This document shows positions 1 to 9,888 of a stretch of 64,000 bases of DNA, one piece after another. This DNA comes from Giardia intestinalis (lineage: Eukaryota): NCBI GenBank assembly GCA_000002435.2, contig CM018791.1; one strand, given 5' to 3'. Below the pieces are notes generated by a model. The model did not search any database. It was not told where the DNA came from and saw only the letters and a list, made by a program, of their open reading frames with translations. The position numbers and the translations under genes are program-made. Within the stretch, counting starts at the first letter, position 1. Each line of letters starts with the position of its first letter.

Positions 1-2
1 TC

Positions 3-398
3 TACGGAGTTGATGGAAAGTCTTACATTCATTATGAATACGACACGCAGACAAAGGCCAACAAGTGCGAGGCCATAACGTTCTGGACGTTTCTCTGGGT
101 GCTCCCTTTATTCTGGGTAATAGTTCTCATAATTAACATTGTCTCGTCCACAATAAAGATAATAACATTCAAATTTAACGCTACTATCATACTATACGCG
201 ATTTCACAGGGCATATTTAGTTGTTTCTCCATCTACAAGTTCATGATGACGCGCGTAGCTCGTTCAGCAAAGATCAGAGAAGAAAGGAGGACGGGTAGAA
301 CAGCTCCCGCTCCCATATCTGCCCCTCAGAATAACGACTACACTGCCCCTCAGCCCCAGCAACAGCAACAGCAACAGCCTGATCAATTTGTGTTTTAG
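3..398 (+). CDS. possible 3' end of a gene entering from upstream of the window (hydrophobic segments followed by a Gln-rich tail); coding status uncertain
   Basis: The frame is open from the window edge to TAA at 396-398. The ORF-track start at 99 is a GTG, not ATG. A Q-run is encoded by CAG/CAA repeats at about 357-377. The region is unusually AT-rich for a Giardia CDS, and competing minus-strand ORFs exist. Confidence 0.3.
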   Translation, partial: YGVDGKSYIHYEYDTQTKANKCEAITFWTFLWVLPLFWVIVLIINIVSSTIKIITFKFNATIILYAISQGIFSCFSIYKFMMTRVARSAKIREERRTGRTAPAPISAPQNNDYTAPQPQQQQQQQPDQFVF

Positions 399-713
399 TA
401 AATGGCTCCGTGGCTTGGTCGCTAGAAGCCCTATTTCCATATGACAGTATTGAATCTTGTGACACATAGTCGGCTCCTTCTTTCTTGGAAGGTAAGGAAG
501 CCAAGTGGATACGCCGGCAACAAGTTTGGAATAGCACAGGTTGCTGGGCAAAGAAGAATAGCAATACAACTGACTGGCCAGAAAAAGAAGCACAGGTTCG
601 TCGGAACGTCAGCTCGATCACAACGCTACGGAGGTGTTAACAAAAAACGAACGACGCAGTATGAGTGCTAAAAGAAGTTGGCCCTCGGTAATTAGCCAAG
701 AGGGAAGCCGCTG

Positions 714-2087
714 ATGCGTAAATCAGTGCCGCAAAATATAATGATATATGACGGCGATGAAGTGTGCGACGTTTGCCTTTGTGGAGACTTCAATAGCGAC
801 AACCAGATAGTATTTTGCGACTCGTGTAACTGTGCTGTCCACCAGGCGTGTTATGGGATTTCTGACGCCGAGGTTGCTGCAGATCGCTGGCTCTGCAAAG
901 CCTGCGCCCAGGAGTTCGAAGGCCCCTGCTTTCTCTGTGGATTCTCCTTGTCTGGCTTTAGCAGCAAGGAGTATGTCATAATCGGGAGGCCAGCGGCGAC
1001 GAGGTTTGTTCACTGCCTATGCTTCCGGATATTTCCCTCTCTGGTGTATTCCCCGGACGACTCAACAATTCAGATAACCCCCGCAGCCCACTTACGATTG
1101 GAGTCCATGCGGGAGCAATTTAAGAAACGGCCTTGCCTTTGGTGTGCGAGCAAGCCGACCAGCAACGGGATCACGATGGTATGTCGTGCCCCAACTGGAT
1201 GCACTAGTAGCTACCATCCCCTGTGCCTGGTCCTAGCGGGCGGGGGAATATGGGAGGAGGGGTTCGATACATACGATGTTATCCATGCCCTATGCCCCAC
1301 GCACGTAAGCTACAATTGGGCAACGTGGCGACAACAGAAAGTGGCCAGCGGCTCTTTTGACAACGCCATGGCTGAGGTCCAGAGCCTGTTGTTAAATCCT
1401 CCCCTTAAGCAGTCGCTGCGTCAGAACACTGCGACCGCCTACAAGATAGGGGCCCACACTGTGCGAGACTATGGAACCGTTTCAACGGAAGGCTTCATGC
1501 TTATGGGGTTTCTCGACGATGTGCATCAGGAAGCAGCCGCCCAGTATCCACTCTGCGTCACGTCGTATCAGGGTAGGGCCTCTGAACCGTATGCTTTGGG
1601 CACACACGAAGCAGCCCTTCTTAAGCATCTTCAAATAACTGCAAGACTAACGACGTCATGCCCGCGATGCATCCGAGCAGGGGATTCCCTTCGACTGATT
1701 GACGATGGTGCTCTTGTTACTGCTTTGGAGCGTCAGTTTGCGAGCTGCAGCTCTCTATCCGAGCTGCTGGCGCAATCTCTTGCGTGCGTATCTGCAATTA
1801 GCTCCTCCATATTTGCTTCCCTGTCCCTAGTTCCAGGTATGCTTTTGTGGCGGTCGTTCTCCTCGGACAAGGCGTTGTTGGGCTCGGATGCCCATCCACA
1901 GACCCTCGATGGATATGATGCCACTTTTACCATTCCCTGCCTCGAGCTTTACTTGGCAGTTCTACAGCATCCAGTGACCATCTTTCTGATCCCTGGAGAC
2001 GGTGACACCGACACCGTGAGTGCAACGATTCTACGACCTCCAGTCGCAGTCACAGGCTGCAACCTTCTGTTAAGAAAGGGCAGTTAG
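714..2087 (+). CDS. PHD-zinc knuckle-PHD (PZP-type) zinc-finger protein, a BRPF/JADE-like chromatin reader
   Basis: ATG start. The N-terminus carries a C4HC3 pattern: CDVCLCGDF...VFCDSCNCAVHQAC...WLCKAC. A Cys/His knuckle follows (CFLCGF...HCLC), then an extended PHD (CLWCAS...CRAPTGC...YHPLCL...HALCPTH). 457 aa. Confidence 0.7.
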   Translation: MRKSVPQNIMIYDGDEVCDVCLCGDFNSDNQIVFCDSCNCAVHQACYGISDAEVAADRWLCKACAQEFEGPCFLCGFSLSGFSSKEYVIIGRPAATRFVHCLCFRIFPSLVYSPDDSTIQITPAAHLRLESMREQFKKRPCLWCASKPTSNGITMVCRAPTGCTSSYHPLCLVLAGGGIWEEGFDTYDVIHALCPTHVSYNWATWRQQKVASGSFDNAMAEVQSLLLNPPLKQSLRQNTATAYKIGAHTVRDYGTVSTEGFMLMGFLDDVHQEAAAQYPLCVTSYQGRASEPYALGTHEAALLKHLQITARLTTSCPRCIRAGDSLRLIDDGALVTALERQFASCSSLSELLAQSLACVSAISSSIFASLSLVPGMLLWRSFSSDKALLGSDAHPQTLDGYDATFTIPCLELYLAVLQHPVTIFLIPGDGDTDTVSATILRPPVAVTGCNLLLRKGS

Positions 2088-2600
2088 TAATCCATGTGGT
2101 GCAATTGCGCTACGTAAAGAGGCATGTTTTCCTTTATACCTGATTGACATGGACACCCTGAAATAATGTGCCTATCGATTCACATTGGATATAACTGAGA
2201 CACACATGCCTTAGAGCGCACGGATTGGTGCTTGTGAGCGAGGCTCAGCTTAGCTATGCTATGAGCAATACAGTGGCCCCTGAGCAGCCTGAAGGATGAC
2301 ACGCTTTTCGCCGATTGCTCGGTTTCTCCGCGCCTTAACTACCTCACCTTGTCCCTAGAACCGCTCGTGTCTATGCCCACTTCGGCAGAGAGTTGACTTT
2401 GATGGTTCACTCTGCAGATAAGGCTGTGTTGCCAGACAGAGTTCTGTATCTATGAAGGATGCAAAAACTTTCGGAGATTTGTCTTTGTCTACAATTTCTC
2501 GACGAGGAATATCTCAGCAGCAAATGCTCAGCGTATGCAGTGAAGGTTCTCGCCGTATTTTACCTTCGGCCTCGAGTTAATTTATTCTCGTTCAGAACCG

Positions 2601-5600
2601 ATGCTATCGGTTTTGTATCAAAATGCTATCTCTGAGGCGGAGGATCGGATGCAGGAGCTCGAGGACATCTTACATGAAACGGCAGCCCTTAGCTGCTCTC
2701 CAAACGGGGCAATCATGCTGAAAGATCTCATACAGACCTACAGAGCTCACATGAATGGCCGTGGCATATATGACGGCGAGGAGGGCTCGCTTTACTGCAG
2801 AATATTAAAGCTGAGCACCATGGTTGACGAGGAATTCTGCGCTCTTGCTTTGCGATTGAAGTCGAAGTCTAAGGCGCGCAACTGCGATTCCGCTGGGTCC
2901 CGATTGAGCGTCATCCCACATAGCGAGGGCGTGCCTTACGACCTTTGGAAGAAGTGCCTCAAACAGTATAAGGCTGAGCTGGCCCTTAATATTCTTGTAG
3001 ATGCGTACTCTCACTCTCGATCCAAGCGCCTTGCATTTCAAGGCTTAGTGCATGCTTACAACAGTAGAGCCAGCATGCTACTTCAGCGATCTTCATTCAG
3101 TTTGACCGAACCTGTAGAGGACTACTATTACCAAAGCACTTACTCTTCTGAAACCTCATTAACTCCCGATTCTGCTCTCCAAGATCAGAAAGCATTGCAA
3201 CCGGGTTTACCGGCTAATGAGGTCAACGCTTGTCAAGTTAGCGGGTTTCCATCCGATATTTGCGCTTTCAGCAGTAATCTGGTCGGCGCTAACCAGGCAT
3301 TTCCAAGCCTCGAGTTTCTGAACAGCGTTGCGGCCTCCAATCCTTTTAGAACTCGTGACGACGCAATGATGTCATCTGGCAACTCTGGATCCCAGCTTTT
3401 AGACGCAATAGGTGCAGTTGCAGGCCTGTATACGCAAAGCGAATTCCTTAGTTCACAACTTGGCCACCTCAGCGAATCAAAGGTTGAAGCAATTACTGTC
3501 CGCGAGGAAAAGCTACAAGCCTATGCAGACTGGTTTCAGAAAAAGATTTCACTCAAGCGCACACAACAGGCTTTGACCGCATGGAGACAGAAGTATCTAC
3601 GTGGCCTCGATCTGGAGGCACAGGTCCGCGAGAGCGTACTTCGTGCCGATCATCTCCTTGCGCGTACATTTGGTGCCATGCGATTGCACTTCTTGCGGTG
3701 GCAGCGGCTACTTCCCATTGCAAAAGAGTTTCATAGAGCACACCAGGCTCAATTTATAGCCACTGCCTTCAGTGCTTGGCGAGAGGCCACACGACTCATA
3801 AGCCCATATATTCTTCTCGAGCGACTCTATGAGGGAAGTGACAGACAGCTCCGCGATAGCAGGCGCACTCTTCCTCGAGACCTCGCTCTTTCGTCTGGCT
3901 TACAAGACCCCCGTCCATTGGAGACTAGCATGTCATTTTTATCTGTTTTGGGGATAACACCCCAGTTCATAGAGCAACGCCAGAAAAATCGGGTCCTGCA
4001 ATTTATTCGCTGTGCCCTTTGGCTCACGGCATACGTCCCCTCTTTGAGGAATGCCCACGCTGTGCTACTAAATGTGCACGCGCGCAGCCTTTATACGGCA
4101 TATCTGCAGGCGCTGAAAGAGGAAAGCGATCAACAAGGTCTTCCGGAAAAAGACCCCCAGGTCAGAAACAACGCAATGGTAGTCTTTCTTCAAACGCTGT
4201 TCTCTATGAAGCCTCATTTAATTTCTGGCATGCTTCCCATTACTATTAGCTCCCTGCGCCGAAACGTCGATTATCTGCGCGCCATACACGCCGCCAATGC
4301 CTATCAGCTTTTCGTCATGGAGGCCGGCTTCAACGCCTTTCGGAGGCACGCACACACTTCCAAGCTAGCGCTCTCCAAGCGCATAAAAGCTATTACGTTT
4401 GCGCGGTTCCGAAAGGGAGTGCGCTTGTTCCAATTTGATTGCATCGCACTTGAGCGGTACAATCAATTTCTGATCGGTCGTTTGTTTGATGCTATGCGTA
4501 CTAAAGTGCACTTTTCGCGCACAATGCAAACTATTGCTTCGCGTCTGAACTTAAATCTTATGCGGCGAAGCCTTAGGATGATGCATGACGTTTATCTCTT
4601 CCAACTTGTGCTTAGTCGAAATGAGGAGGCGCTTGTTACAAGGTCCAACTATACGCTCTTATCTACCGCATTTAGAAACTTGCATACACGATATGTAATC
4701 CTCTATCTGGTGCGATACCAGAATGCATCCATCTTGCGTGACTACTATCTCTATCGGAGAGCCTTTGAGTCCATTCTGCAAGTCCACGATCGACAGATGC
4801 GTGGAGAAGCCATTTACTCTAAAAGCTGTCTCAGTCTAATGCACCGCACGCTTTCAGGTATACTAGAGGCATCCAGTACCCAAAGACTTCGGTACGAACT
4901 AGCGTCTGGTCATTATACAAATATACTAGTCCGGGTACGGAATACTGTTTTTAGGCAGTGGAGGTGGCGCACAGCCGATGTGCGTGATTTGATACTTATA
5001 GCCGGGGAGCAGATAGCAGCTGTCGAAAGAGACTACAAGGCGCGCGCGTTTCAAGCATGGAGAGGAGTTTTCCAAGAGTTCCGGTCTTGTGAGCAATACC
5101 TGTCCCAGAAAGAGGGCACTCGGGTTCTTCGCACGGCGTATCGTGAGCTTTCTTGGCTATTTGGTCTTGCTCGAACAGCTGACAGACATAACAACATCCG
5201 TGAGCACCAGCGCAACATCTATGTGGCGGGAAAGATATTTCGGTCTATGCGCCAACTGTCTGCCCAAAAGGCTTTCAAGCGCAAAGAGATCGCAGAGGAG
5301 CTCCGTCGTAGATATAATGGCTACCTGCTTAAGCAGGCCATGCAAACGATCCTCTTGGCAATAAAGGGAATCGCTTTAACCCGGTTGGTCAACAGATGCC
5401 TTCTTCAGAGGTTCTTTTCCAATCTTGTGCAACAACACAGAGAGCTCATTCGTGAGCGGAATACAGAGCACAGAGTCAAAAACGGACTGGCACACTTGTC
5501 TGCCGAACAGATTGAGCGGCTAAAATCCAATGTGGCGACCTTGCTGAGCACGTTTGCCGATAGTGAGAAGACCTTCAATCACCAGCTCAATGCACACGTA

Positions 5601-7100
5601 TCTAAGGGAGATTTGATGAGCCTTCGCGGGTATCTTCTACAGTGGAAGCTCTATGCCAAAAAGAGCAGCAAACTTACTCAGCAGGAGGGCGCGGTAGTCA
5701 GCATTGTTACGACCCATGTGCTGAGCCTTGCGTGGCGTTCATGGCGGGCAGCCCTCGCCCTTGTCCAAAAAGGGCATGACATAGAGGTTCTGGTGGACGC
5801 TCGTCTATTGCGCCAGGCATGGGTGTGCATGCAAGCCTTGCTTTTTCATCTTCAGTACTGCGAAGTAGCTATTGAGCAGCGGACTCGCACCAGGTTACTG
5901 CGCTATACGCTTGATCATTTAGTTTATTCCCTGTCACTTTCACGCAGAGTTGTCAGTGTCTCCAGGCTAGCATACGTCCGAAGTGCGCGCGCTGTTTTTG
6001 CAGCACTAAGACACCGGCTAGCAGCGCTGCAGAAACTTCATAGCCTTATTTCTGCCTCTGCACGGAGGGCTGTTCTGCGCGTATATTTTAGACACTTAGC
6101 AGAGATATATCATACAAATCAGCGCATCAATCTACTAACTCGTCGATCCAATCTTTCGTGTCTAAAGAGAGCGTTTGCGCAGCTTGTTAACTCACATAGA
6201 CTCAGGGTCTTAGAAGCTAACCTTACATCACTTACTATCTGTCGCCTAAAGCGCGCAGCATTTTCTGTATGGACTCACAAGAATCGCAGGTCCGCACAGC
6301 TCCAACGAAGCTGCGATATGGCTCGCATTAGTATGGATAGCTGCTTAACTAAGCGGGCGTTCTTCGTGTGGGTCACGCGCTGCAAGCACCGCCTTAAGAT
6401 TGCTGCCTTGCAGGAGGATCTTTGTAGACGCCTGAACAAGCACCTTCTTCGCCAAGCATACGAGACCATCGTGGCCCGGGCAGAGGAGTTCCTCTTAAAT
6501 GAACAGTTGGTGCGAGGACTCTACTACTTACGTACTATGCGGGCATCCATGGATGCCCTGGTGACCTATGCTGCTGCCAAGAAGACTCAACGCACCGAGG
6601 CCGAGGCAGCTGCCGATGTCTTTAGAAGAACTGCACTTCTTAGACGATGCATGCTTTCTGGGCGCCGGAACTTAGCCAACAAGCAAACCATGCTTGCAGC
6701 GGCAGTGCGCTATGAGGAGACTCTAAAGCGGAAGGAACTTTCACTGATCTTTCAGCATTGGTTCGACAAAGCCCAGTTTCTTGCCGCTGCGGAAAGGCGA
6801 GTCTTGCCACTTTCCTATCGGTGGGCGCTCCCTGTCCACTTTTGGGCCTGGCTGTCTCTTGCACGGGCCATCTTACATCATAGACGGTACACAAAGCAGA
6901 CGTACCTCCGTCATTTACATAGGTACACTGATGCAGTAAACCGCATGAAAAGGCAAATGCGGACAAATAATCTACTAAAGCAAAAGGCAGACCACCTCAT
7001 CTCTGTGCAAAATAGAAAGTGCATGTTCGACGCGCTTCGCACAATGATGGATCAGTACTCCCGCCGGACTGGGGAGTGTGAGCACTGGCTGCTCACATAG
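2601..7100 (+). CDS. large alpha-helical repeat protein with Sfi1-like tryptophan repeats (candidate centrin-binding, basal-body protein)
   Basis: 1499-aa ORF with ATG start. It contains more than 20 copies of an [FL]xxW[RK]-type motif spaced roughly 30-35 residues apart. Examples: ALTAWRQKY, TAFSAWREA, RAFQAWRGV, FLRWQRLL, SLAWRSWR, AAFSVWTHK, RAFFVWVTR, LLQWKLYA. This resembles the Sfi1 repeat consensus A-x7-LL-x3-F/L-x2-W-K/R. Confidence 0.6.
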   Translation: MLSVLYQNAISEAEDRMQELEDILHETAALSCSPNGAIMLKDLIQTYRAHMNGRGIYDGEEGSLYCRILKLSTMVDEEFCALALRLKSKSKARNCDSAGSRLSVIPHSEGVPYDLWKKCLKQYKAELALNILVDAYSHSRSKRLAFQGLVHAYNSRASMLLQRSSFSLTEPVEDYYYQSTYSSETSLTPDSALQDQKALQPGLPANEVNACQVSGFPSDICAFSSNLVGANQAFPSLEFLNSVAASNPFRTRDDAMMSSGNSGSQLLDAIGAVAGLYTQSEFLSSQLGHLSESKVEAITVREEKLQAYADWFQKKISLKRTQQALTAWRQKYLRGLDLEAQVRESVLRADHLLARTFGAMRLHFLRWQRLLPIAKEFHRAHQAQFIATAFSAWREATRLISPYILLERLYEGSDRQLRDSRRTLPRDLALSSGLQDPRPLETSMSFLSVLGITPQFIEQRQKNRVLQFIRCALWLTAYVPSLRNAHAVLLNVHARSLYTAYLQALKEESDQQGLPEKDPQVRNNAMVVFLQTLFSMKPHLISGMLPITISSLRRNVDYLRAIHAANAYQLFVMEAGFNAFRRHAHTSKLALSKRIKAITFARFRKGVRLFQFDCIALERYNQFLIGRLFDAMRTKVHFSRTMQTIASRLNLNLMRRSLRMMHDVYLFQLVLSRNEEALVTRSNYTLLSTAFRNLHTRYVILYLVRYQNASILRDYYLYRRAFESILQVHDRQMRGEAIYSKSCLSLMHRTLSGILEASSTQRLRYELASGHYTNILVRVRNTVFRQWRWRTADVRDLILIAGEQIAAVERDYKARAFQAWRGVFQEFRSCEQYLSQKEGTRVLRTAYRELSWLFGLARTADRHNNIREHQRNIYVAGKIFRSMRQLSAQKAFKRKEIAEELRRRYNGYLLKQAMQTILLAIKGIALTRLVNRCLLQRFFSNLVQQHRELIRERNTEHRVKNGLAHLSAEQIERLKSNVATLLSTFADSEKTFNHQLNAHVSKGDLMSLRGYLLQWKLYAKKSSKLTQQEGAVVSIVTTHVLSLAWRSWRAALALVQKGHDIEVLVDARLLRQAWVCMQALLFHLQYCEVAIEQRTRTRLLRYTLDHLVYSLSLSRRVVSVSRLAYVRSARAVFAALRHRLAALQKLHSLISASARRAVLRVYFRHLAEIYHTNQRINLLTRRSNLSCLKRAFAQLVNSHRLRVLEANLTSLTICRLKRAAFSVWTHKNRRSAQLQRSCDMARISMDSCLTKRAFFVWVTRCKHRLKIAALQEDLCRRLNKHLLRQAYETIVARAEEFLLNEQLVRGLYYLRTMRASMDALVTYAAAKKTQRTEAEAAADVFRRTALLRRCMLSGRRNLANKQTMLAAAVRYEETLKRKELSLIFQHWFDKAQFLAAAERRVLPLSYRWALPVHFWAWLSLARAILHHRRYTKQTYLRHLHRYTDAVNRMKRQMRTNNLLKQKADHLISVQNRKCMFDALRTMMDQYSRRTGECEHWLLT

Positions 7101-9081
7101 GGCCGACTGTATCTAGAAATTCGTCTTCAAAACGTATAACCTGTTTAATTTGTGCCTGCGTTCCCTCCTTGAGGAGCCCGAAGATCTCGCGCAGTAGGGT
7201 CTGGTAGTGATTAATCCAGGTGTCTGGGACCCTGGATTCGTCACAGTTTTCGCTTGTATTAACAAGAAGGGTGTTTATAGAAACTCGTTTCTTCATGTTT
7301 TCTGTTGACTCTGCATAGAGTTCGTAGCTGAAGTAGGACTGTACAGACGTGCACAGCAGCTGTAAATGCCCCCGAGTGTCCATGCCCAGATACATGCCAT
7401 AGACGATATCTCGAAATATGCCGTAAAAGGTGTACAGCTCCAAGTCGCTCTCTATGTTCAGGAGCAATTCGGCAAATATGTTTGGGGGCATCACGTCGTT
7501 GTGAAAGGCGTCCCAGAGCTGCAGGGCAGCGTGCTGTGCAGGCCCTGCTTTCAGTTTTTGATGTAGATAGCCCCTTCTGGCGTCCATGATAGATCGTATA
7601 CTAGGAATGAGCTGCTCTATAATTCGCATTCTACTTCCACCACCCTGTCGTATGCCTGATACCAAGGTGGCTAGCTCTGCGGTTCTATCCGGGGGATCGT
7701 ACACAGAGCGGACGGCGGACTCCATTTGGACCTGCTCCTTAACTGCGGTCACCACTTTTTCACGCACAGCGCTGGAGCTCTGAGGCGCATGCTGAGCAGA
7801 ATGGTCTAGAATGGTGTGCGCCATGCTGACTGCCTTTAACTGAGATAACTTGTCTAGTGCAACCTTGCGAGCAGGCATTCTGGGCTCTTCTATTTGTGCT
7901 ATGCTAGGGGATTCCTTTATGGAGACTGCATGTTCCTCTGCCTGTTCTGGATGCTTTTCAACCATTTGCTTATCGGCCTTTGCCAATTTAGCCTGCGCTG
8001 GCTCCGTATGCGTAGGAGATGCCGCACTCTCCAGGTTGTTCCCACACTTTCGTGCAAGGCTCTTTAGCTTTGCCTTGAGAGTTTCATAGTCCTGTAATAC
8101 TTGAATTTCGCTCATATTTGGAGATATTCTGTACTCGTCAGTATCGCCCTTCAAAGCATGCTGTGTGACGTGCTTGAGACTATGAAAATCTGCAAGGCAT
8201 GGAAGAAATGCCACGGCCAGCGGCCAGCGAAACCCCGGTAAAGGCATGGTCTTTTTGCCGCATTTGGCGAACTTCTCTGCTAAGAACTGTCCGTTGGGTC
8301 TGGTTTCCATGTTAGACTGGTAACTATTCAGCAAGCTAACTAATTGCCTGATGAGCTTCCTGGTTTCGGCTTGGGGAAGTCCGTAAATGGTCCTTTCCGA
8401 AACCGGGGTCCAACCTCGTTTAGTGTATACGACAACTGGGTATGTTTGTGGTGCCTTGGAGTATGTAAGAGTGTATGAAGACTTTTGTGACTGCCGCGAA
8501 TCAGTCGTGGCTAGGCACTCATATTTGGTCAGCCCCGGCGACCACGCGATAGCTGTATTCGACATCAGCTTCTCCTTGTTCTCGTTAAAGATGCGGTTCA
8601 CAGAGGTGAGCACATAGGGGAGCCACTCTTCCTCCTTGTCGACATCAGATATTGTCCGCTGCAATGAAACGCGCGCACTCCCATCGCGCCGCTTCAGGAA
8701 GATTCCTCCGCTCCCGTCCAATTCGAAAGAGAAGCGTAGATCCATCTCCTCATTTTCGAACGCCCCCTGTTGGGAGCCCAGAGTCGACTTTGTCAGAAGA
8801 TCCAGGAGCGAAACTGGCAAATGCAGCGTAATCCCGTTCTCGCTGCGCAAACTCGCCCACATCCGCTCTATGCAATCCAGAAAAGATACTGCGTCATTGT
8901 TCAGTTTGTTCCGGAGCCTTTTGGCAAGTTGTGTCCCTGCTGATCCGCCTAAAAGGGTTAACACGCTCTGCAATGCAGATATGACTATCTTGCACTCTTC
9001 AGATGAATATAATTTTACTGACTCCTCATCATTGTCTGTGTCCTGACGTAGGAAGAGATAGGTTTGCTCGGTGAACTCCAT
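7093..9081 (-). CDS. hypothetical protein (662 aa)
   Basis: Long ORF with ATG start in an A-rich context (AAAACAAAGCTTAATGG). It is convergent with the previous gene and overlaps its 3' end by 8 bp. No recognisable motif. Confidence 0.6.
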   Translation of the reverse strand: MEFTEQTYLFLRQDTDNDEESVKLYSSEECKIVISALQSVLTLLGGSAGTQLAKRLRNKLNNDAVSFLDCIERMWASLRSENGITLHLPVSLLDLLTKSTLGSQQGAFENEEMDLRFSFELDGSGGIFLKRRDGSARVSLQRTISDVDKEEEWLPYVLTSVNRIFNENKEKLMSNTAIAWSPGLTKYECLATTDSRQSQKSSYTLTYSKAPQTYPVVVYTKRGWTPVSERTIYGLPQAETRKLIRQLVSLLNSYQSNMETRPNGQFLAEKFAKCGKKTMPLPGFRWPLAVAFLPCLADFHSLKHVTQHALKGDTDEYRISPNMSEIQVLQDYETLKAKLKSLARKCGNNLESAASPTHTEPAQAKLAKADKQMVEKHPEQAEEHAVSIKESPSIAQIEEPRMPARKVALDKLSQLKAVSMAHTILDHSAQHAPQSSSAVREKVVTAVKEQVQMESAVRSVYDPPDRTAELATLVSGIRQGGGSRMRIIEQLIPSIRSIMDARRGYLHQKLKAGPAQHAALQLWDAFHNDVMPPNIFAELLLNIESDLELYTFYGIFRDIVYGMYLGMDTRGHLQLLCTSVQSYFSYELYAESTENMKKRVSINTLLVNTSENCDESRVPDTWINHYQTLLREIFGLLKEGTQAQIKQVIRFEDEFLDTVGPM

Positions 9082-9148
9082 TAAGCTTTGTTTTATGCAT
9101 TATGGCGTATTATTTTAGCTGTTCACTGCATTCTGGAACACATACGAA

Positions 9149-9883
9149 ATGACCCATGTGGCGCTAGACGACGAGGCCCGGCATGAGATCTATCTATGGG
9201 TCGACGGAATACCCCTTTCAAGGTCTAAGGGCTACATCTCGCGCGACTTTGCCGATGGCGTGCTGCTTGCAGAGGTTATCCATCACTTTCTCCCCAAGCT
9301 TGTGGAGCTTCACAACTATCAATCTACGACTAACTCCGAGGCCAAGAGAAAGAACTGGGAGACCCTACAGCAGAAGGTGCTCAAAAGGCTCCAGCTTAAG
9401 CTGAGCGCCGACGAGATTGATGCGCTCATTTCTGCAAAGCCAGGCGCAATTGAACGCGTGCTGATCCGGGTTCGCTCGGCCATTATGCGCGTAAGTGCAA
9501 GAAGCGAGGAGCATCCTTCGAGATCCGACCCGCGAGGAGACGAGCATCGCCTTCAAAGGCATCTTTCGGCCCCCAGTCGCTCAGCTCCTTCCGTAGCTAC
9601 TGCTTCTGCTGCAAACCAGCAGCATACGCCCGCTCCTGCACCTACCCTTCGAGTGGCTCCTCCTCCCCAGCCCCCTCCAGTCAGCAACACTTCTATTGGC
9701 TTGGCCGACCTGCACGACGGATCAAGCATTGCTAACGGAGACCTCATGGAAGAGAACACTCTCCTCAAACAGAAGATTGCCACGTTGGAAAAACTTCTTG
9801 CGGTGAAGAACGAGCGAATACTAGCCCTTGAGAGGAAAATAGAGCATCTTGAAGTAAAGCTCAAGCAGCGCAATGGCGCATAA
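9149..9883 (+). CDS. SPEF1/CLAMP-like calponin-homology domain protein with a C-terminal coiled coil (ciliary, microtubule-associated)
   Basis: The N-terminus matches the SPEF1 CH domain: WVDGIPLSRSKGYISRDFADGVLLAEVIHHFLPKLVELHNYQSTTNSEAK...NWETLQQKVLKRL. A proline-rich linker follows, then a heptad coiled coil (LLKQKIATLEKLLAVKNERILALERKIEHLEVKLK). Confidence 0.65.
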   Translation: MTHVALDDEARHEIYLWVDGIPLSRSKGYISRDFADGVLLAEVIHHFLPKLVELHNYQSTTNSEAKRKNWETLQQKVLKRLQLKLSADEIDALISAKPGAIERVLIRVRSAIMRVSARSEEHPSRSDPRGDEHRLQRHLSAPSRSAPSVATASAANQQHTPAPAPTLRVAPPPQPPPVSNTSIGLADLHDGSSIANGDLMEENTLLKQKIATLEKLLAVKNERILALERKIEHLEVKLKQRNGA

Positions 9884-9888
9884 CTCAT

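Noticed and set aside
2088-2600. Candidate small RNA, for example a C/D snoRNA with a GGATGAC C-box-like sequence near 2294, in an unusually long intergenic gap
   Set aside because: I found no convincing D box (CUGA) at an appropriate distance and no terminal stem. This cannot be supported without a covariance-model search.
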